NCBI GenBank assembly: GCA_020184695.1
Contig: JAANOX010000153.1
Span: 868,001 to 932,000 of the forward strand
Length of the DNA stretch: 64,000 bases
DNA from: Histomonas meleagridis 2922-C6/04-290x
Lineage: Eukaryota > Protista > Parabasalia
Direction: 5' to 3'
Positions within the stretch are counted from its first letter, which is position 1; every line of letters begins with the position of its first letter. Shown here one piece after another: positions 1 through 11,686 of this stretch. The translations under genes were made by a program, and so were the position numbers. Under the pieces are notes generated by a model that did not search any database, was not told the DNA's origin, and saw only the letters and a list, made by a program, of their open reading frames with translations.

Positions 1-1453
1 TTTTAGTTGGTTTAAGTTGTATAAAATCATTTGTTTCTGTTTGAGTTGATTTCTCATTATATTTTTTGGATTGAAGTGAATTTTGCATAATTTTGTTCAT
101 TAGATATTGTGAATATAATTTAATTTGTTCTTTGTTTTGTTTGTTTATGTGAAAATTACCTTGATATGATTTTGATATTGAATCTAAACTATGATCAAAT
201 TTATTATTATTACGTGATATAGTTTGATATATTAAATTTAGTTCTTGAAGATTATTAATTATTATCGGTTCATCATTTTTGAGATTAAATAAGTTTTGAA
301 TCGATCGCATGTCACTTTTGGTCTGCGTAAAGTTCTCAATTGTTTTGGTTAATTCAATTTCGTCGGTTTGTATTAAATTACATTGAATTTCGATCGAACT
401 TTTTGATTGAATTAACTTTTTGTATTTTTGGAGGTTTTTCTTTTGTTCATTTGTTTCTTCTTTAGTTTTGTTTAAGAGATTTTTGATTTCATTGTTGCTT
501 TGTTGTATTTCTTTTATTTCTTGCTCTATTTTATTTAAGTTATTCATTTTTTCTTCAATGTCTTTTGATAACGAATCAATTAATTGTTGAATAAATTTCT
601 TTTGTTGCTTCTTATTTTGGATTTCTTCGTCAAGTTCATCAAGTTCCTTTTGATTTGCTTTCGAATTATTACGTAAAAATGCTTTTTCATTTGTTGCTTC
701 ACGAAATTGTAATTCTGAATCAGAACATTTTTGTTTCATTTCTTCGACTCTTTTAGTTAAATCCTTAATTGATTTGTTTAGTTGGTCGATTTCTAATAGT
801 ATTTTATCTCTGTTTTGTTTTAGCGAATGTTTTCTTTTTAATTGTGTTTCAAGTAATGAATTAAATTCTGAAATTTGAGGTTGATATTTGGTTTCTACAG
901 ATGTTATTTCATTAGAAATTTGTTTATAGAATGAGGAAACTCTATTAAGTAATGATGAACGCTCTGGTGATATTTCATTATCTTTTGTGATAAATTCATC
1001 AAGTGTTTGTTGATATGTAGGTAACTCATTTAATATAGATCTAGTTTTGGAATCAATGACTTCAAGTTTATCTGAGTGAATCTCTTTGGGATTAAATGTT
1101 TTTAAATTTGATAATTTATTTTTTAATTCTAAAGATGTAACTCGACGCTTTGAAACCCAGCGTTTTCCTGATGGTTGAAAAATATTAATAAAATTTGGGT
1201 TTTCTAAGGATTGATTAATTGTAAAATCATCTTTAGGTTTTGATTTAGAATCTCTAAGATGTGAGATATCATAAGAAGACCCAAAATTCATAAATAACGA
1301 ATGGTATGATCCTGAAGTTTTTGGTTGTTTTCTTGGAATAATTTCACGAGGATAAATTAATTTTTTTCTACTATGTAAAATTGTATCTTCTATTGAAGTG
1401 TATGGTATATCTCTTATTTTCTCTATGGATGAATCAAAATCATTTTGATTCAT
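1..1453 (-). CDS. Hypothetical coiled-coil protein, 3' end runs off the left edge of the window (not in ORF track)
   Basis: ATG at 1453 (MNQNDFDSSIEKIRDIPY...). Frame spot-checked open at several points down to base 1; K/E/Q/N-rich composition. Confidence 0.7.
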   Translation of the reverse strand, partial: MNQNDFDSSIEKIRDIPYTSIEDTILHSRKKLIYPREIIPRKQPKTSGSYHSLFMNFGSSYDISHLRDSKSKPKDDFTINQSLENPNFINIFQPSGKRWVSKRRVTSLELKNKLSNLKTFNPKEIHSDKLEVIDSKTRSILNELPTYQQTLDEFITKDNEISPERSSLLNRVSSFYKQISNEITSVETKYQPQISEFNSLLETQLKRKHSLKQNRDKILLEIDQLNKSIKDLTKRVEEMKQKCSDSELQFREATNEKAFLRNNSKANQKELDELDEEIQNKKQQKKFIQQLIDSLSKDIEEKMNNLNKIEQEIKEIQQSNNEIKNLLNKTKEETNEQKKNLQKYKKLIQSKSSIEIQCNLIQTDEIELTKTIENFTQTKSDMRSIQNLFNLKNDEPIIINNLQELNLIYQTISRNNNKFDHSLDSISKSYQGNFHINKQNKEQIKLYSQYLMNKIMQNSLQSKKYNEKSTQTETNDFIQLKPTK

Positions 1454-1560
1454 TTGCAAAGAAAATCGGAAATTTATTCGTTAATTATTTGTGTTGAAAA
1501 CGATTATTTTTGATTGAAAACGAAACACATCAAAAAATCAAAAATTTAAAATAAATTTAT

Positions 1561-4500
1561 TTACACAAAAGAAGGTATACTCCACACTGCAACGTTTCCA
1601 TCATCATAACCAAGTGCTGCCAAACATCTATTTCCGTCAAAAGTAAAGCAGGTACAGGTATGATTATCATATTTCATTTCGTTTTCTTTATTATTATTTA
1701 GTTCCACCAAATACACTTTGTTTCCAACTGATTTCAATGCCACGTCCAAAATTGGATGTAATAATACGTCATCAGCGTTACCTATTATCGATTTATTTAA
1801 TTTCATTGGGTTCTTAAAATCATCCCAAACATATATATCACCAGAATTTAACACTGTATATAATTTATTTTTATGTTCACCAATTCGAATTATATTTTTA
1901 TTGATTAAGAAATCAGATTCATCGATAATTTTATAACTTTTTACATCGATTTTTAATATTATACCATTATTAAGTACAACGAAAATGAATCCGTCGAAAT
2001 AATATAAAGAAATTGGAATTGAATCAGAATTAATTTTAATATAATCGATCATTAATAATGCTTCAATATCCCAAACATAAATTTCATTAAATCCTTGACT
2101 GATAAATGTAATATAAGTATTCGGAATTGCACAAATTAAAGTTTTGTTATTATTATTTGGTAAAGAAATTGAAGGTCGAAAAGATTCAATTAAATTTTTA
2201 CCATTATTTTGATATAAATATATATTACCATCATTACATGCAGCTAATACAATTAAATTTGGTAAATGTATTACATTCGTAATTCCATTATTAATTTTCC
2301 ATTTGTTATTTCCCCAAAACAAATTACCTTTGTCATCACTAATACATACATTATTATGTTGAAGGTCAAAACTTACTGAAGAAATCTTTGAACTTGTTAA
2401 ATTTATATTTTCGAATAAATCCAAATTCGAGTTTTCGATTAATACATTAATATATCTTTGTTTCATTTTTGTATGAATCTTTGATTGACAAAACAAAGAT
2501 GAATGTGCATATTTATATACATGTAATGCAAATTGTGTATGATTAACTTCATCATTAATATTATTCGGATCAATTAATATTTGTTGAGCGATTTCTTTTA
2601 CTTTCGAATTCGGATCTTTTTCCATTAATAAAAGTAAATGTTTAAGTTTCGGCTTATGACAATTATTAACGAAATCAATTGGATCTTTTCTTAATATATA
2701 ATTAATATCTTCGAATTCTTCTTCTTCTTCATTATTATCTATAAATTTGATTCCATTAATTTTAAAATATCGTGAAACACAACATAAAAATGCAAAGCGA
2801 ACAAAACTTGATCCATCAATTGCAGCCTTTAAAGCGCATAACATTAAATTCTCATTAAAGTCAGGCCAACCATTTGACATTATTTGAGTTAAGATGATTA
2901 CTGTTATAGTTCTAGTAAATCTATTATTATCATATAATAACAACATTGAATATGCATGTAAATTATATTTACCAGTTAAATCAGGTTCTATTTTATAACG
3001 AGACATTGTCGAATATATTAATAATATATACCATTCACGTATTATTTCCGATGATTTAAATAATTTCTTTAATAATTTCTCAATTATTTGATTTGTAGTT
3101 ATGAAATAATTTATGTTTTGCATTGTTAACTTAGTACAAACAAATATAGACATTAATAAATAACGACATTGTTCATCATAATTATCATCAATTGCTATTT
3201 TCAATAAATCTTGGAATGAAACAGTCGAATTAATTAATGATGTGATCGATGGCGCAACTAATAATAACCCACTAATGACTATACACCAATCGCGCATACT
3301 TTTAGTTTGACCTCGATAAGAATTAAAATCGCCAATAACTTTAAAGTTCAAAAACTCGCCCATTATCCGACAATTTGAAGGAGATTGTTTCATAAATTCG
3401 GCGATTTTCCCTAAGATTTCTAACTTCATATCTGTCGTTAATAATTCGCTAATAAAAGCACAGACATATCGTGGCGGATAAAGTACACATTCGAAATAAT
3501 TTTGATATAATTTCGTTAAATGAATTATCGGATTGGAACTAATCGAAAACTTTAACGAATAATCAAATTGTTGCCATAAATGATGGTCACTCATATCTGG
3601 TAAGTCTGGTATTGATTGGACATGTAATCCAAACGTTTTCATTAAGCGTTGCGCAAGTAAAAATCGTCGCCAGATCACTGCTACAAGTGAATTAGATCGA
3701 AATAACTTATAAAAGATTTCGGTGGTTAATGAATCTAATGCAATTGTCTCGGTAAATATATCTAACAACGTTTCAAATAATGACGACGAAGTGGAATGAA
3801 AATTCATAATCGAACAATATGAACGTTCGGGCGTAAGTAATATGCACGTGAAAAAGTTTTGCGGCAAATTAGAAGGAATATGTAATTGCTCATTTTGAGA
3901 ACATGAAAATAGGGCAAACGGTGTCGAAAAAATGGAATTACTAGGATTCATACAGATGTCTATACTATGGATTGACGTGTCTTGAAGATATGGTTTGAGA
4001 ACTGATGATTTATCGCAATCAAAAATGAGTAAACATGGTGGCGTTAATATAAGATCTTGTAAGTTCGTCCACGATTGCTTGGAGTATGACGTGTCGTTGA
4101 GCCATATTTTGCCGTCTTTTGGTGGAGGAAATCCTAATCCGATATAATGGAATATTCGAATACTTGCTGAGTGACTGAGAATTTGTGTGTTTTTACGAAA
4201 GATTCGCCCGTTGTATGACTTCGCCCATGAGATTTCTGGCTTGATTGACCAGGATTTTGTTTCAAGATTTGCATATTGTTGTGTAAAAAATTCCGTTATA
4301 ACGCGTTTAGCTTCAACACTTGTAATGGATGAAATGTCACACCAACTATGTATGAAATGAGATAATTTTTTTTTCCGTTCACCAACAAGAACTGGAAGAT
4401 CAAGTAAATGGACAATTGCCTTTTCGATTGTACTACTGATGACTTCAGGTATCTCGAGATCTTCTTCAAATATCTCAGGGGGAAGATATAATTGTGTTGG

Positions 4501-4740
4501 CCCGCCTTTTTGTCGAGATAAAAAATCGAGATAAATTGGGCTGTTATTTGAAAGGCAATCCGAAAGTGGAAATGACTCATAATTATCTTCTTCGGATTGA
4601 TCTGAGCCTAATGAATTATATGTACGTTCTATACCAGACGTTCGAGGAATCATAGAACCACCAAAATATCGTCCACTTTTTTGTTGATACCCAACACATT
4701 CATCATCTGAAGAGTATGAGTAGGATGATGTGTTGGACAT
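1561..4740 (-). CDS. RPTOR: Raptor/KOG1-like TORC1 subunit (Raptor N-terminal domain, ARM region, C-terminal WD40)
   Basis: Motifs IFHYIGLGFP, LLIFDCD, LPQNFFTCILLTP and LFRSNSLVAVIWRRFLLAQRLM...LPDMSDHHLWQ match conserved Raptor N-terminal blocks; WD-like C-terminus (GYDDGNVAVWS). Confidence 0.85.
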   Translation of the reverse strand: MSNTSSYSYSSDDECVGYQQKSGRYFGGSMIPRTSGIERTYNSLGSDQSEEDNYESFPLSDCLSNNSPIYLDFLSRQKGGPTQLYLPPEIFEEDLEIPEVISSTIEKAIVHLLDLPVLVGERKKKLSHFIHSWCDISSITSVEAKRVITEFFTQQYANLETKSWSIKPEISWAKSYNGRIFRKNTQILSHSASIRIFHYIGLGFPPPKDGKIWLNDTSYSKQSWTNLQDLILTPPCLLIFDCDKSSVLKPYLQDTSIHSIDICMNPSNSIFSTPFALFSCSQNEQLHIPSNLPQNFFTCILLTPERSYCSIMNFHSTSSSLFETLLDIFTETIALDSLTTEIFYKLFRSNSLVAVIWRRFLLAQRLMKTFGLHVQSIPDLPDMSDHHLWQQFDYSLKFSISSNPIIHLTKLYQNYFECVLYPPRYVCAFISELLTTDMKLEILGKIAEFMKQSPSNCRIMGEFLNFKVIGDFNSYRGQTKSMRDWCIVISGLLLVAPSITSLINSTVSFQDLLKIAIDDNYDEQCRYLLMSIFVCTKLTMQNINYFITTNQIIEKLLKKLFKSSEIIREWYILLIYSTMSRYKIEPDLTGKYNLHAYSMLLLYDNNRFTRTITVIILTQIMSNGWPDFNENLMLCALKAAIDGSSFVRFAFLCCVSRYFKINGIKFIDNNEEEEEFEDINYILRKDPIDFVNNCHKPKLKHLLLLMEKDPNSKVKEIAQQILIDPNNINDEVNHTQFALHVYKYAHSSLFCQSKIHTKMKQRYINVLIENSNLDLFENINLTSSKISSVSFDLQHNNVCISDDKGNLFWGNNKWKINNGITNVIHLPNLIVLAACNDGNIYLYQNNGKNLIESFRPSISLPNNNNKTLICAIPNTYITFISQGFNEIYVWDIEALLMIDYIKINSDSIPISLYYFDGFIFVVLNNGIILKIDVKSYKIIDESDFLINKNIIRIGEHKNKLYTVLNSGDIYVWDDFKNPMKLNKSIIGNADDVLLHPILDVALKSVGNKVYLVELNNNKENEMKYDNHTCTCFTFDGNRCLAALGYDDGNVAVWSIPSFV

Positions 4741-5247
4741 TAGCTTTTAGTTGTTCACTTTTTCTTTGTGCTTTGAACTTAAGCGACACTTTTGCAATAA
4801 ATTACTAGTAAAAGTTGAAACTTTAACCGAAAATTACTTTCAAATCAATTGATGAAATCTATCGTAGCGGTTTTAATTTCTGTCAGCAAAAAAATTTCGT
4901 TTTCATTTTTTCTGTAATTTATTTTTTACACGTATCGGCGATATTTGCCAAATACAGAAAATGGAAACAGTAAAAGAAAATTAATAAAAAATTGATTAAT
5001 AACTAAAAGCATATTCCAATCATATGTAAAACATGATAATTAAATACGATCTAAAAATTATCTGGTTTCTTCTTTAATAATATTTAAAAAATAACCGACA
5101 ATATAAACCTTATAAAACTCATTGAATCTTAACGTACATTTTCTTATAAACAAAAATGAACACATAACCTCAATAAAACGATGAACAATTTCCGTTCAAA
5201 ATTCAATGAAGGCAGAAGTCGATATAAACGTTTTTCGTCGTATCTAA

Positions 5248-6471
5248 ATGGCATCTGAGATTTCTTCGAACCCACTATTAAGTGATCATATTGAAGATAA
5301 TCTTCTGGCTAGTGAAGGACCTGAAGAAAACACTCAAACACACCCAGCATTATTCTTTTTATTAGGAAATGCAAGTCTTCTTGCATTCAACATTATTATT
5401 AATGCTATTGATATATATATTAGACTAACGAATAACAATAATATTGGCGCAGTTCTCAATCGTTTTTATAATATTCCGTGTTCTCTTACTTCATTAGCAC
5501 TTTGTATCATAAAACCAAAGAACTTCAAACTTGTTCTCATTATTGCATTAACTGCTCTTTCTTTACTTTTAGTTGGAATGCCACTTGCTATTCTCATCAA
5601 AATGAGTGATTCTGCTGTTTATTGGATGACAATGATTCTTTCTAGCTTTGTTGGTATTTTCTCTGCATGTATTTTCTCTAGTTCATATTCCATTGCCACC
5701 CAAGTTTCACCACAATCTACCGGATATATTTCATCTGGTAATGGATGTTGTGGTGTCATTGCTGCTGTTCTTCGTATTGTTACAAAAGCAGCCTTTAATA
5801 AGGAGTCACTCGAAACCATCTCATCAGCAATTTACTTTTTCCTTGCAGATGCTATAATTATTGGTACCCTTATCTATCTCATCAAAAAGCTTCAAGATCC
5901 ACTTATAGCAGCTAAAATGGCGCAACCATCCAAAGAAGAAGCTACACCACTTTTTTCAAAGAGTACCCTTAATACGATTAAAATCATTTGGCCACTTTGG
6001 CTTAGTGAATTCTGCAACTATATGATCACGTTGTCCTTATTCCCAGGATATGTCTCACAGACTAAAGACATCAAGACATGGACCCCAGTTATTGTCACAT
6101 CGATATTTTGCGTATTTGATTGGGTTGGAAGATATCTCCCCGCAAAGTTCTTATGGCCAAGCCAAAAGTGGGCATGGATACCAATCCTGTTTAGGTTGCT
6201 AAGCTATCCAATATTTATGCTAAGTTTGCAAGGCGTAATAAATTTGGGCGAACCTTATTGGACGTTCCTTTGGATGATTCCATTCGCGACTTCAAATGGT
6301 TACTTCGGTACTGTAGTTTTGATTCATGGTTCAAATCATTCGTTGTTGACAAATGATGAAAAGAGATTCGCCGGTTTGTTGATGTCCTTCGCTGTTAATG
6401 CTGGTATACTAATGGCTACGATTGTGTCATTCGGAATACCAACGCCAAAAAGTTTCTATACACCAGCATAA
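5248..6471 (+). CDS. Equilibrative nucleoside transporter (ENT/SLC29 family)
   Basis: About 11 hydrophobic helices; LLGNASLLAFNIIINAIDI, ITLSLFPG, FDWVGR and SNGY motifs typical of ENTs. Confidence 0.9.
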   Translation: MASEISSNPLLSDHIEDNLLASEGPEENTQTHPALFFLLGNASLLAFNIIINAIDIYIRLTNNNNIGAVLNRFYNIPCSLTSLALCIIKPKNFKLVLIIALTALSLLLVGMPLAILIKMSDSAVYWMTMILSSFVGIFSACIFSSSYSIATQVSPQSTGYISSGNGCCGVIAAVLRIVTKAAFNKESLETISSAIYFFLADAIIIGTLIYLIKKLQDPLIAAKMAQPSKEEATPLFSKSTLNTIKIIWPLWLSEFCNYMITLSLFPGYVSQTKDIKTWTPVIVTSIFCVFDWVGRYLPAKFLWPSQKWAWIPILFRLLSYPIFMLSLQGVINLGEPYWTFLWMIPFATSNGYFGTVVLIHGSNHSLLTNDEKRFAGLLMSFAVNAGILMATIVSFGIPTPKSFYTPA

Positions 6472-7025
6472 GTAAGTGGTCCATGAGTAAAATTGATATT
6501 TTTCAGAATAATTTTGGACAAAACCTTTTATGCACTGATTGAAGTTCACTATATCACTTTGAGTTAACACATTTTTAAGAACATTTAGTGCAGCATTGCA
6601 GGAGGCGAAGGAAAATACAACAAACCGTTTCATAACAATTATCAGTGTGGAATATCCATTTTATGAATATAAAAGCAAAATTGATAATTTCTACATTCAT
6701 ACAAATTGGTGGTGTTCTTATCTGCATTTATATTCTCTTATGTTGCACAATGCATTTCAAAATTCAATTTCAAAAATTGCCTAGCCAACGGTTATGCAAT
6801 TTTTGTATTATATGCTAAACTATTGATTAGATATATTTAGCATTAAAAAAACATCATATTCATTTTTATTTTTTATTTCAAAACCATAGCTTTAAGAGAC
6901 CGTTAAAATTTAACTGTTTATCGTTTGCTCATAATCGTTTGCATTTTCCTGTGAAGAATTAATCTGAATATTGACAAAAATTTCACTTGAAATTAAAACT
7001 AAATAAAAATGAGTAATTTACTCTC

Positions 7026-8288
7026 TTACTTCTTTGGTGCTGGTGCAGCCTTTGCAGCTGGGGCTCCTGCAGCTGGAGCAGCATCGGCTGGTTCTTCCTC
7101 CTTCTTTTCTTCGACTGGCTTATCAGCTTCGAGTTGTGCCTCGAGAAGGTCATCCTCCTTTTGGTGTAATGCGTCGAAGTAGCCTGGCTTGACGTCGACT
7201 GCGATGCTGAGATTTTCAGGTGGTTCTGGTTGTGCAGCAACAACTTCGTCGAAGAGTGCCTTGATTGCTTCTGGTGTGTTGTTCTTGGCTTCTTCTGCTG
7301 CGCGGAGGGCTGCGATTTCGTCTAATGCCTTCTTCCATTCATCGCATGCAATACCAAGGCGGCATGGGCAACGTACCTTTGGAAGAGCAACGTTGACTTG
7401 GGCTGGTTTGATGACTGCTTGAACTTCATCGCTATAGATGATACGTTCAACATCAGCATTGGTAACAATTGAATGTGGAAGTGTGAAACCTTTCTTGTTT
7501 TCATAGATTTCGTCGAGTGCCTTGAAAGCGGATTCTGTCCAGATGACGAGACGACCCATTTTACCAGCTGGTGCAAGTTGATAGATGGAAAGACGATGAA
7601 CGCTTTGGATTTCGACGCCTGGGATGTTACGGAAGGCCTTAACAACTCCTTCGTCCTTGTTGTAGACAACGAGTGGGCCGCGCTTTGTCTTGGTTGATGA
7701 ACGACGCATTGATCCCTTTGATGAACGGTGGTATTTGCCATCGATAACACGCTTAACATCAGCATAAGCCTTGATTGCCTTAAGGAAAGCAACGGCATCC
7801 TTTGTCTTTTGTAATTTTTCGATTTCGTCTGTGACAACAACTGGGATTTCGTTTAATTCCTTGATTTCGTGACCACGTGCTTCAACAAGAGCTTGAACTT
7901 GGGAAGCTGCAATTGCGGATGCAATAGCATAACGACGTTGCTTGATTGGAACAGCATGGAACCATCTGTATGTAAGCTTTGGTGGGCCGAAACGATGACC
8001 GCCACGTGCAAAGTTAGCATATGCAGCTTGACCATTACGGTTTGAACCTGATCCATTAACACGTGGAACACGAGCCTTGGCACGACCTGTACCCCATGAT
8101 GCAGCAGATGGGCGGATACCGGCCTTTGGTGAAGTACCGTGTGGTTGCATTAAGTTCTTAGCAAGATCCTTGTAAACAGAGGCAACGAGATCAGCACGAA
8201 CTGGTGTGTCGAAAACCTTTGGAAGAGCTGCTGTTGAACTCTTTTCGCCTTTGATGTTGTATACATTGACTGTCTTTCTGGAAGACAT
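7026..8288 (-). CDS. RPL4: 60S ribosomal protein L4 (uL4)
   Basis: SWGTGRAKARVPRV, FARGGHRF, LAPAGKMGRLVIWTESAF; strong high-expression codon bias. Start taken at ATG 8288 (MSSRK) rather than the upstream TTG. Confidence 0.97.
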   Translation of the reverse strand: MSSRKTVNVYNIKGEKSSTAALPKVFDTPVRADLVASVYKDLAKNLMQPHGTSPKAGIRPSAASWGTGRAKARVPRVNGSGSNRNGQAAYANFARGGHRFGPPKLTYRWFHAVPIKQRRYAIASAIAASQVQALVEARGHEIKELNEIPVVVTDEIEKLQKTKDAVAFLKAIKAYADVKRVIDGKYHRSSKGSMRRSSTKTKRGPLVVYNKDEGVVKAFRNIPGVEIQSVHRLSIYQLAPAGKMGRLVIWTESAFKALDEIYENKKGFTLPHSIVTNADVERIIYSDEVQAVIKPAQVNVALPKVRCPCRLGIACDEWKKALDEIAALRAAEEAKNNTPEAIKALFDEVVAAQPEPPENLSIAVDVKPGYFDALHQKEDDLLEAQLEADKPVEEKKEEEPADAAPAAGAPAAKAAPAPKK

Positions 8289-9159
8289 TGTTGCAAAAGG
8301 CCGTAACAAGTCCGACCAAGACTGTCAATTATTCTATGTCTGTGTTTGGTTGTCATTTTCACGAAGTGTGTTCGAAATGAGATAGTGAAAATTCGTCCAC
8401 TTTTTGATATGAATTATGTAACAAAATTATATAATTTTCAATACTAATTGAAAAAATTAAATTAAGTAAAGTTATTAAATATGATAAACGTTCTCTTCAT
8501 ACTTTTGGTGGATTTGTGCAGCGAATATGTATATTTTATTTTCCTCATATTTTAAATATGGCTGCATATATGCGTATATTTACTTATTAGAATTATTGAA
8601 AAATCACGAAAAAAAATTTAACAAATTACCTGAAAAATACTTTTAAATTCAACTTTTAAACTAAACAACCATATATTCAAATAATCCAGCTATAGACAAA
8701 ATAGTTTTAATAAAAATATTTTTGGATATTTTAAGTTTACATAATATTTTCACAAAAAATTGTACACTTTTTTACCAAAATTTTTGATCATCTTTTAAGC
8801 ATTAGTAGATAAAAAATTTTGATTCATTGTGATTCTTTTGAAGATTAGAAACATTATTATTATGAAAAACGGATTTCGTATTATTCAGAATTAATATCAA
8901 TGGATTAATTCAAATTAAGCAGTCCATTGTTTTGGTGAGAATTCAATGTATCTGTTTGTTTATAGACCACAAAATAGAACTTTTTTTCCAATGCATCTCT
9001 AAATTAAACAAATTTGATTTTTTTTGTTGAAAAGAGATAAAAGTTTTTCAATTAATAAGATAAAAAAATTGTTATTCTATCACCGAATATGTAAAACAAG
9101 TGCAAAATGAGTTAGTTCATATATTTCTATAATAAAGAATAAAAATCATTTGTAAAGTT

Positions 9160-10080
9160 TTAATGATCTTTCAAGATCCTCCTAAAGACTTCTTTAAGGA
9201 ACTCAAAATCGATTGCCTTTACAACAGTTACTCCGCATGGATCTTCCTTGCCAACTGTTGCTGCAATCTTTTCACCGAACAACGGAATTTCGAATTTCAT
9301 TTTAACGGTGTCCACAATTGCCTTTTCGCCGTAACACGCGACAAAAGCTGTCAAAGGGTCAGCAATGATTGCGCTGTGAGAATCGTGCTTAATAGCGACT
9401 TGCCATATGTCGCGAATCCACCTTTCCATTATTGTACATCCTTGGCCAAAGAATTCATGAAGCAAATTACCTTTGATAATGTTCTTACAACTAAGTGTCC
9501 ATGTAATTAACGTGATTTTAAAGTTTGGTATTGATTTTAAGACCATGTGAGCTGCTTCTGGATCGCATTTGAAGTTGAATTCTGCATATTTGGTGGTGTT
9601 CCCTTTCATATCTTCAGCACCGCCCATAATAAAAACATTCTTAATATTGTCAATGATTTTTGGTTCAACATGAATTGCAATAGCAATGTTTGTTAATGGG
9701 CCAATTGTGATTAATGTAATATCATCATTGTGGAGAAATGTATCAATAATAGCAAAAATTGCATTGGTTGGTTGTACTTTGGCTGTGAGCTTAATTCCAT
9801 ATGATGCAAAATCAACATCGCCAAGTCCATCATTTCCATGAATTTCAGGAATATGAATTGGATCAGCAATCAAACCTTGTTCGCATCCTCTATAAACAGG
9901 AATGTCTTGTTTGCCATATACAGCAAGTGTACGTAAAACATTATTTGTTACATTATCAACAGAAGTATTTCCACCAATGCATGAAATTCCTAAAACCTCT
10001 ACATTAGGGCAATTAAGTGCTAAAATAATTGCAAGTGAATCATCAACACCACAATCTGTATCAATCCAGACTTTCTTCAT
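9160..10080 (-). CDS. Inosine/uridine-preferring nucleoside hydrolase
   Basis: N-terminal DTDCGVDD Ca-binding motif, IHGNDGLG, GPLTN, AEFNFKCDPEAA, ADP. Confidence 0.93.
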   Translation of the reverse strand: MKKVWIDTDCGVDDSLAIILALNCPNVEVLGISCIGGNTSVDNVTNNVLRTLAVYGKQDIPVYRGCEQGLIADPIHIPEIHGNDGLGDVDFASYGIKLTAKVQPTNAIFAIIDTFLHNDDITLITIGPLTNIAIAIHVEPKIIDNIKNVFIMGGAEDMKGNTTKYAEFNFKCDPEAAHMVLKSIPNFKITLITWTLSCKNIIKGNLLHEFFGQGCTIMERWIRDIWQVAIKHDSHSAIIADPLTAFVACYGEKAIVDTVKMKFEIPLFGEKIAATVGKEDPCGVTVVKAIDFEFLKEVFRRILKDH

Positions 10081-10504
10081 GAAGTGAATTGAATCTCCTC
10101 ATAAAAAAATTTGAATACACTAAACGTATGAACAAGAAAATTCCTTGTCTTGGTGTCTCTATATCCAAATATTTTCAACATATGCTTATTTGAATTTTGT
10201 GCTTCAATCTAAATTGAAGTTATACGTTTTTATTTTTGAGTCAAATTTGTATTTTTATTGAATAAATTTAATTAACATTGTATTCAGCAATTTGTGAAAA
10301 TAATTACATAATTTGCATATATAAAAATAATAATATATATTCAACACTATCCAATAATTGGTACATTAGAAACTTTCATTTGCAGTAGATTTAGTAAATT
10401 CTTTCTACATAATATTTTCTTCAATAATATCAAATTTTTCTATAAATTTCATATATTTGTTTTCATTTTACAATAAAATAAATAATTCGTTCACAAAAGT
10501 TTCT

Positions 10505-11686
10505 TTATTCAGGGACATAACCATATACTTCGAATGGGTACAAACATGTTTCCGTTTCATTTCCATAATTCTCAGACACGTGAATAATCATTTGACTAAA
10601 TCTTACGTATTCCTCTGACTCAAATCTTTGTTTTTCGAACACGTTTTTCTGTAGCGCTTTATCAAATCCAACGGTATAATGTTTTCCGCTGTACAAAAAC
10701 TGAATGTTAAATTTCCGTATTGCATTTGATTCATTTGGAACAGAAACAAATGAAATCTCTTTGAAAAATGCATTCGTATAAGTATTTAATGTGATGACGA
10801 ACTCAGCAGAGCCAGAACGTGTCGGAACGCACCATCTCCCGTCAACGCTTTTGACCTCGCGAAGTCCAAATCGACCTTTAGTAGAGACCTTAAGTGGAAG
10901 AATTATGTCGGCCGTCGTGCGAAGCTTGTGAACAATGTCGAAGAGATCGCCAACAATGCCTTTGCGATTTTCGCCGAAACGTTGAAGTGTGTTAAGATTA
11001 CGCTGATAATCGCCTACTGCTTTTGATGGGTCTTGAATAGGTGGGATGGAAGGCTCAGCGCGCGTTGGCGATGGATGTGGTGCTTGCTGCGTAGGAGTTG
11101 GAGTTTTGGTTGGAGTCGGCGTTTGCGATACCTTTGTTGAAGTTTGTGAAATCTGTGTTGGAGTTGAGGTCTGTGGCAGAACTGTGTGGGTTTGTGTGGA
11201 TGTTGGAGTTGGTGTGGTGGAAGTTGAAGTTTGGGGTGGAATAGTGTGGGTTTGTGTAGATATTGGCGTTGGCGTTTGAGGTGGTGTGGTGGGAGTTGAG
11301 GTCTGTGGTGTGATCGTATGTGGTTTTGGAGATGTTGGTATTGATGTTTGAGGTGGTGTGGTTGGAGTTTGTGTATACACTGGTGATGGAGGTGGTGTTT
11401 GTGGTTTCTGCGTTGGTGTTGAGAATGGAGTCTGTGGCCTTTGTGTTTGCGGTGGAATAGTTGGAGATCGAGAAATTGTTGGTGTTTGTTTTGGAGATTC
11501 ATCAGGCGTTGGTGAAGGGAAAGGTGTATGCATAGGAGAAGGATATGGAGTTTGATCTGGTAAAAAACTTATCTCTGGATTTTTAGCTGAATAAATAAAA
11601 TATTCTCCTTCTTTTGGATACCTTTTCAATCCTTGCTGAAAAAATGAGGATATGTGAGTTAAAGCTGATACAATTAAGGAAATCAT
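10505..11686 (-). CDS. SUN (Sad1/UNC-84)-like domain protein with Pro/Thr-rich stalk
   Basis: C-terminal WCV...NAIRKF...ENYGNETETCLYPFEVYG resembles the SUN-domain end (NWG...TCIYRFRVHG); central PT-rich repeats; hydrophobic N-terminus. Confidence 0.7.
   Translation of the reverse strand: MISLIVSALTHISSFFQQGLKRYPKEGEYFIYSAKNPEISFLPDQTPYPSPMHTPFPSPTPDESPKQTPTISRSPTIPPQTQRPQTPFSTPTQKPQTPPPSPVYTQTPTTPPQTSIPTSPKPHTITPQTSTPTTPPQTPTPISTQTHTIPPQTSTSTTPTPTSTQTHTVLPQTSTPTQISQTSTKVSQTPTPTKTPTPTQQAPHPSPTRAEPSIPPIQDPSKAVGDYQRNLNTLQRFGENRKGIVGDLFDIVHKLRTTADIILPLKVSTKGRFGLREVKSVDGRWCVPTRSGSAEFVITLNTYTNAFFKEISFVSVPNESNAIRKFNIQFLYSGKHYTVGFDKALQKNVFEKQRFESEEYVRFSQMIIHVSENYGNETETCLYPFEVYGYVPE
11085..11545 (-). 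repeat. Coding low-complexity Pro/Thr/Gln repeat (PQTPTPTST-like)
   Basis: Repeated TPPQTS/THT.PPQTS units in the translation; GT-rich + strand. Confidence 0.85.

Noticed and set aside
6983-8362. Nested and antisense ORFs over RPL4 (likewise over HSP70, calnexin, SUN and ABCA genes)
   Set aside because: Shadow frames caused by codon bias; no motifs.
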